Shown here in pieces: positions 7,061 through 10,048 of a stretch of DNA of 10,048 nucleotides. The notes under the pieces were generated by a model. The model did not search any database and had not been told where the DNA came from. It worked only from the letters and a program-made list of their open reading frames with translations. Each line of letters starts with the position of its first letter. Position 1 is the stretch's first letter. The translations under genes were made by a program, and so were the position numbers. The DNA is from a virus: the UHGV virus genome UHGV-0137329, one strand, 5' to 3'.

Positions 7061-7079
7061 GGCGAGGCGGGGATAGCAC
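7061..7079 (+). other. cos cohesive-end site (19-nt overhang region), P2-type
   Basis: GGCGAGGCGGGGATAGCAC differs at one position from the P2 cohesive-end sequence as I recall it (GGCGAGGCGGGGAAAGCAC). It lies between the accessory slot and Q, where cos sits in P2-like genomes. Confidence 0.55.
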
Positions 7080-7166
7080 TGCGCGCAATTGTTCATTTTG
7101 TCATATATGTAATTTGATTTGAGTAACTATCCGCATATTGTTAACGGACAAATTATTATAACTGGA

Positions 7167-7191
7167 GTTGGCCACATTTTATGTGGCCAAC
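7167..7191. repeat. Perfect palindrome: 11-bp arms, 3-nt spacer (GTTGGCCACAT ttt ATGTGGCCAAC)
   Basis: Verified base by base: the arms are exact reverse complements. It sits in an AT-rich segment between cos and Q. No U-tract follows on either strand, so it is more likely a protein-binding site or structural element than a terminator. Confidence 0.6.
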
Positions 7192-7208
7192 GTAACGGCG
7201 TGGTAGTG

Positions 7209-7222
7209 ACAGTTTTTTTGCG
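7209..7222 (+). repeat. 14-bp direct repeat, copy 2 (TTGCGTCTGAGCGC), downstream of cos
   Basis: Exact copy of 6981-6994, preceded by a T7 run. Confidence 0.6.
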
Positions 7223-7326
7223 TCTGAGCGCGTCGTGATGGCATTTAGTCGGCCTGCCGGGGCGTTGGTGTGTCTGCGGGGTGTTTTGTGCGGTGGTGAG
7301 CGTGTGAGGCCGTGATGACGGGGTGT

Positions 7327-7348
7327 AAAAAAGCCGCCCGCAGGCGGC
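7327..7348 (-). terminator. Rho-independent terminator of the P-Q packaging operon
   Basis: On the minus strand: GC-only 6-bp stem GCCGCC / GGCGGC (7333-7348) with a 4-nt loop, followed by a T6 run (complement of A6 at 7327-7332). It begins 5 nt after the Q stop codon (7354-7356). Confidence 0.7.
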
Positions 7349-7353
7349 GATGT

Positions 7354-8388
7354 TCAGCCGTTGTCAGTGTCCAGTGAGTAGTTTTTAAAGCGGATGACCT
7401 CCTGACCGAGCCAGCCGTTTATCTCGCGGATCCTGTCCTGTAGCGGGATAAGCTCATTGCGGACAAAGACCTTTGCCACTTTCTCAATATCACCCAGCGA
7501 CCCGACGTTCTCCGGCTTGCCGCCCATCAACTGAAAGGGGATGCGGTGCGCATCCAGCAGGTCAGCGGCGCTGGCTTTTTTGATATTAAAAAAATCGTCC
7601 TTCGTCGCCACTTCACTGAGCGGGATAATTTTAATGCCGTCGGCTTTCCCCTGCGGGGCATAGAGAAACAGGTTTTTAAAGTTGTTGCGGCCTTTCGACT
7701 TCACCATGTTTTCGCGAAGCATTTCGATATCGTTGCGATCCTGCACGGCATCGGTGACGTACATGATGTATCCGGCATGTGCGCCGTTTTCGTAATACTT
7801 GCGGCGGAACAGCGTGGCCGACTCATTCAGCCAGGCAGAGTTAAGGGCGCTGAGATATTCCGGCAGGCCGTACAGCTCCTGATTAATATCGGGCTCCAGC
7901 AGGTGAAACACGGAGCCGGGCGTGAAGGCTGTCGGCTCGTTGAAGGACGGCACCCACCAGTAAACATCCTCCTCCACGCCACGGCGGGTATATTTTGCCG
8001 GTGAGGTTTCCAGTCTGATGACCTTACCGGTGGTGCTGTAACGCTTTTCCAGAAACGCATTACCGAACACCAGAAAATCCAGCACAAAGCGGCTGAAATC
8101 CTGCTGGGAAAGCCACGGATGCGGGATAAATGTCGAGGCCAGAATATTGCGTTTGACGTAAATCGGTGAGCTGTGATGCACGGCAGCACGCAGGCTTTTT
8201 GCCAGACCGGTAAAGCTGACCGGTGGCTCATACCATCTGCCGTTACTGATGCACTCGACGTAATCCAGAATGTCACGGCGGTCGAGTACCGGCACCGGCT
8301 CACCAAAGGTGAATGCCTCCATTTTCGGGGCGCTGGCGGTCATTTTTTTTGCCGCAGGTTGCGGTGTTTTCCCTTTTTTCTTGCTCAT
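7354..8388 (-). CDS. Q: Capsid portal protein gpQ
   Basis: 344-aa ORF, the same length as P2 gpQ. The lysine-rich N-terminus MSKKKGKTPQPAAKK is consistent with the P2 portal. Its start overlaps the P stop (TGATG arrangement on the minus strand at 8386-8390). Transcribed toward cos, as in P2. Confidence 0.9.
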   Translation of the reverse strand: MSKKKGKTPQPAAKKMTASAPKMEAFTFGEPVPVLDRRDILDYVECISNGRWYEPPVSFTGLAKSLRAAVHHSSPIYVKRNILASTFIPHPWLSQQDFSRFVLDFLVFGNAFLEKRYSTTGKVIRLETSPAKYTRRGVEEDVYWWVPSFNEPTAFTPGSVFHLLEPDINQELYGLPEYLSALNSAWLNESATLFRRKYYENGAHAGYIMYVTDAVQDRNDIEMLRENMVKSKGRNNFKNLFLYAPQGKADGIKIIPLSEVATKDDFFNIKKASAADLLDAHRIPFQLMGGKPENVGSLGDIEKVAKVFVRNELIPLQDRIREINGWLGQEVIRFKNYSLDTDNG

Positions 8389-10048
8389 CAGTAAAACTCC
8401 AGAATGGTGGATGTCAGCGGGGTGCTGATACCGGCGGTGAGTGGCTCATTTAACAGGGCGTGCATGGTCGCCCAGGCGAGGTCGGCGTGGCTGGCTTCCT
8501 CGCTGCGGCTGGCCTCATAGGTGGCACTGCGTCCGCTGCTGGTCATGGTCTTGCGGATAGCCATAAACGAGCTGGTGATGTCGGTGGCGCTGACGTCATA
8601 TTCCAGACAGCCACGGCGGATAACGTCTTTTGCCTTGAGCACCATTGCGGTTTTCATTTCCGGCGTGTAGCGGATATCGCGCGCGGCGGGATAGAACGAG
8701 CGCACGAGCTGGAACACGCCGACACCGAGGCCGGTGGCATCAATACCGATGTATTCGACGTTATATTTTTCGGTGAGTTTGCGGATGGATTCAGCCTGAG
8801 TGGCAAAGTCCATGCCTTTCCACTGGTGACGCTCAAGTATTCTGAATTTGCCACCGGCCACCACCGGCGGTGCCAGCACCACGCATCCGGCGCTGTCGCC
8901 ACGGTGTGACGGGTCGTAACCAATCCATACCGGGCGGGAACCGAACGGATTGGCGGCAAAGGGTGCATAGTCTTCCCATTCTTCCAGCGTGTCGACCATG
9001 CAGCGTTGCAACTCCTCGAACGGGAACACCGACGCCTTGTCGTCAACAAATTCACACATGAACAGGTTTTTAAAATCGTCGGCGCTGTTTTCGCGTTTGA
9101 GCTGTTCAATGTCGAACAGCGTGCAGCCACCTTTCAGGGCGTCCTCAATGGTGACAATCTGCCGCCACTGGCCGTCTGCACAGAGAAGCCCACCGGCAAG
9201 GGCGTTATGACTGACGTCGATTTCCACGCGTTCGGCGGCGCTGGCGCGTCCCCGGTTGAACAGTTCACCCGACCAGAACGGGTAGGCGTCGTGCGCCAGC
9301 GTGGACGGGGTGGAGAAATAGGTCGAGCGCAGGTGACTCTGTGAGGCCATACCTGATGCCACCTTACGCAGCACCTGAAAATTCGGGATCCAGAAAATCT
9401 CGTCGACGTACAGGTCGCCGTTATGGCTCTGCGCAGTGTTGGAGTTTGTGCCGAGAAAAATCAGTTTTGCGCCGTTATTGCCCAGGACAATCGGGTCACC
9501 GGTCAGGTCAACGTCAACCAGACGGGCAAAGGCGATGATGTATTCACGGAACACATACGCCTGCGTTTTACTGGCCGACAGAAAAATCTGGTTATGGCCG
9601 GTTTTCAGGGCGCGCAGCAGCGCCTCGCGGGAAAAATAAAACGTTGCGCCAATCTGGCGGGATTTCAGGATATCGCGGATGCGGTGCTCAAGCCCGGCGC
9701 GATACCAGTACAACTGATATTCGAAAGACTGCTCAAAGAAAATCTGCTCCAGCTTTTCGATGGCCTCGTCACTGAAAAAATTCTTTTTCGGTTTGCGCCG
9801 CCCGCCTTTGTTGCGGTTAGCGACGTTCGGATTAAGGTCTGCCTCGTTGCCGGTCTGGCTGTAGCGGTTTACCCGTGCCAGTCGTTCAATCTGGCGTCCC
9901 AGCAGGTCAATTTCCTTGAAATCACCGCCGGTTTTCTGCGGTTTGATGATGAGCTGGGTCAGTCGCGCTTCCAGACTCATTTCGACACGGCTGATGGGGG
10001 CAACGCTGTCCCAGCCGTCGCGCTGTTTCCAGCTCTGCACCGTCGGGC
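8388..10048 (-). CDS. P: Terminase large (ATPase) subunit gpP, 5'-partial: N-terminus lies beyond the window end
   Basis: Open reading frame runs from the window edge to stop TGA at 8388-8390 (at least 550 aa in window; P2 gpP is about 590 aa). It is immediately upstream of Q in the same orientation. The M at 10040 in the track is a GTG and probably an internal valine. Confidence 0.88.
   Translation of the reverse strand, partial: PTVQSWKQRDGWDSVAPISRVEMSLEARLTQLIIKPQKTGGDFKEIDLLGRQIERLARVNRYSQTGNEADLNPNVANRNKGGRRKPKKNFFSDEAIEKLEQIFFEQSFEYQLYWYRAGLEHRIRDILKSRQIGATFYFSREALLRALKTGHNQIFLSASKTQAYVFREYIIAFARLVDVDLTGDPIVLGNNGAKLIFLGTNSNTAQSHNGDLYVDEIFWIPNFQVLRKVASGMASQSHLRSTYFSTPSTLAHDAYPFWSGELFNRGRASAAERVEIDVSHNALAGGLLCADGQWRQIVTIEDALKGGCTLFDIEQLKRENSADDFKNLFMCEFVDDKASVFPFEELQRCMVDTLEEWEDYAPFAANPFGSRPVWIGYDPSHRGDSAGCVVLAPPVVAGGKFRILERHQWKGMDFATQAESIRKLTEKYNVEYIGIDATGLGVGVFQLVRSFYPAARDIRYTPEMKTAMVLKAKDVIRRGCLEYDVSATDITSSFMAIRKTMTSSGRSATYEASRSEEASHADLAWATMHALLNEPLTAGISTPLTSTILEFY

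Noticed and set aside
6914-7096. Minus-strand 60-aa ORF spanning the cos site
   Set aside because: It crosses the cos cleavage site, so it would be split in virion DNA. It has no RBS or recognisable motifs and lies in a region better explained as packaging signals.
7546-8306. ORFs 7546..8004 (+) and 7827..8306 (-) within Q
   Set aside because: Nested in the portal gene in antisense or alternative frame; Q fully accounts for the region.
8173-9639. Multiple ORFs nested in P (8173..8394, 8460..8909, 8654..9130, 8870..9061, 8989..9210, 9006..9344, 9341..9538, 9436..9639)
   Set aside because: All overlap the terminase large-subunit gene in other frames or antisense, with Arg/Ala/Pro-rich low-complexity translations typical of GC-rich off-frame artefacts.
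1-10048. CRISPR arrays, tRNA/rRNA genes, IS elements
   Set aside because: No regularly spaced repeat-spacer array, no tRNA-like cloverleaf candidates and no transposase-like ORF or terminal inverted repeats were seen on inspection.

Overview
The window is a contiguous slice of a P2-family (Peduovirus-like) temperate phage, almost certainly an integrated prophage. It starts at the 3' end of a tyrosine integrase and runs through the repressor/Cox switch, the early replication operon (B, four small ORFs, A), across the joined cos site, and into the Q (portal) and P (large terminase) packaging genes. Gene order and several protein signatures match my recollection of coliphage P2; no homology search could be run. 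The exception is between the end of A and cos, where P2 carries orf91/tin/old. Here there is instead a single AT-rich gene (5917..6822, about 301 aa) with an N-terminal HHxxxQxYLKGF signature that I associate with the DUF4238 family and no recognisable catalytic motif. This variable cargo slot is a known anti-phage defence hotspot of P2-like phages, so this gene is the main candidate for an uncharacterised defence or superinfection-exclusion function. Other observations are a cos site with one mismatch to the P2 19-mer, a 14-bp direct repeat flanking cos, a perfect 11-bp palindrome between cos and Q, and a clean intrinsic terminator after Q. No tRNA, rRNA, CRISPR array or IS element was seen.
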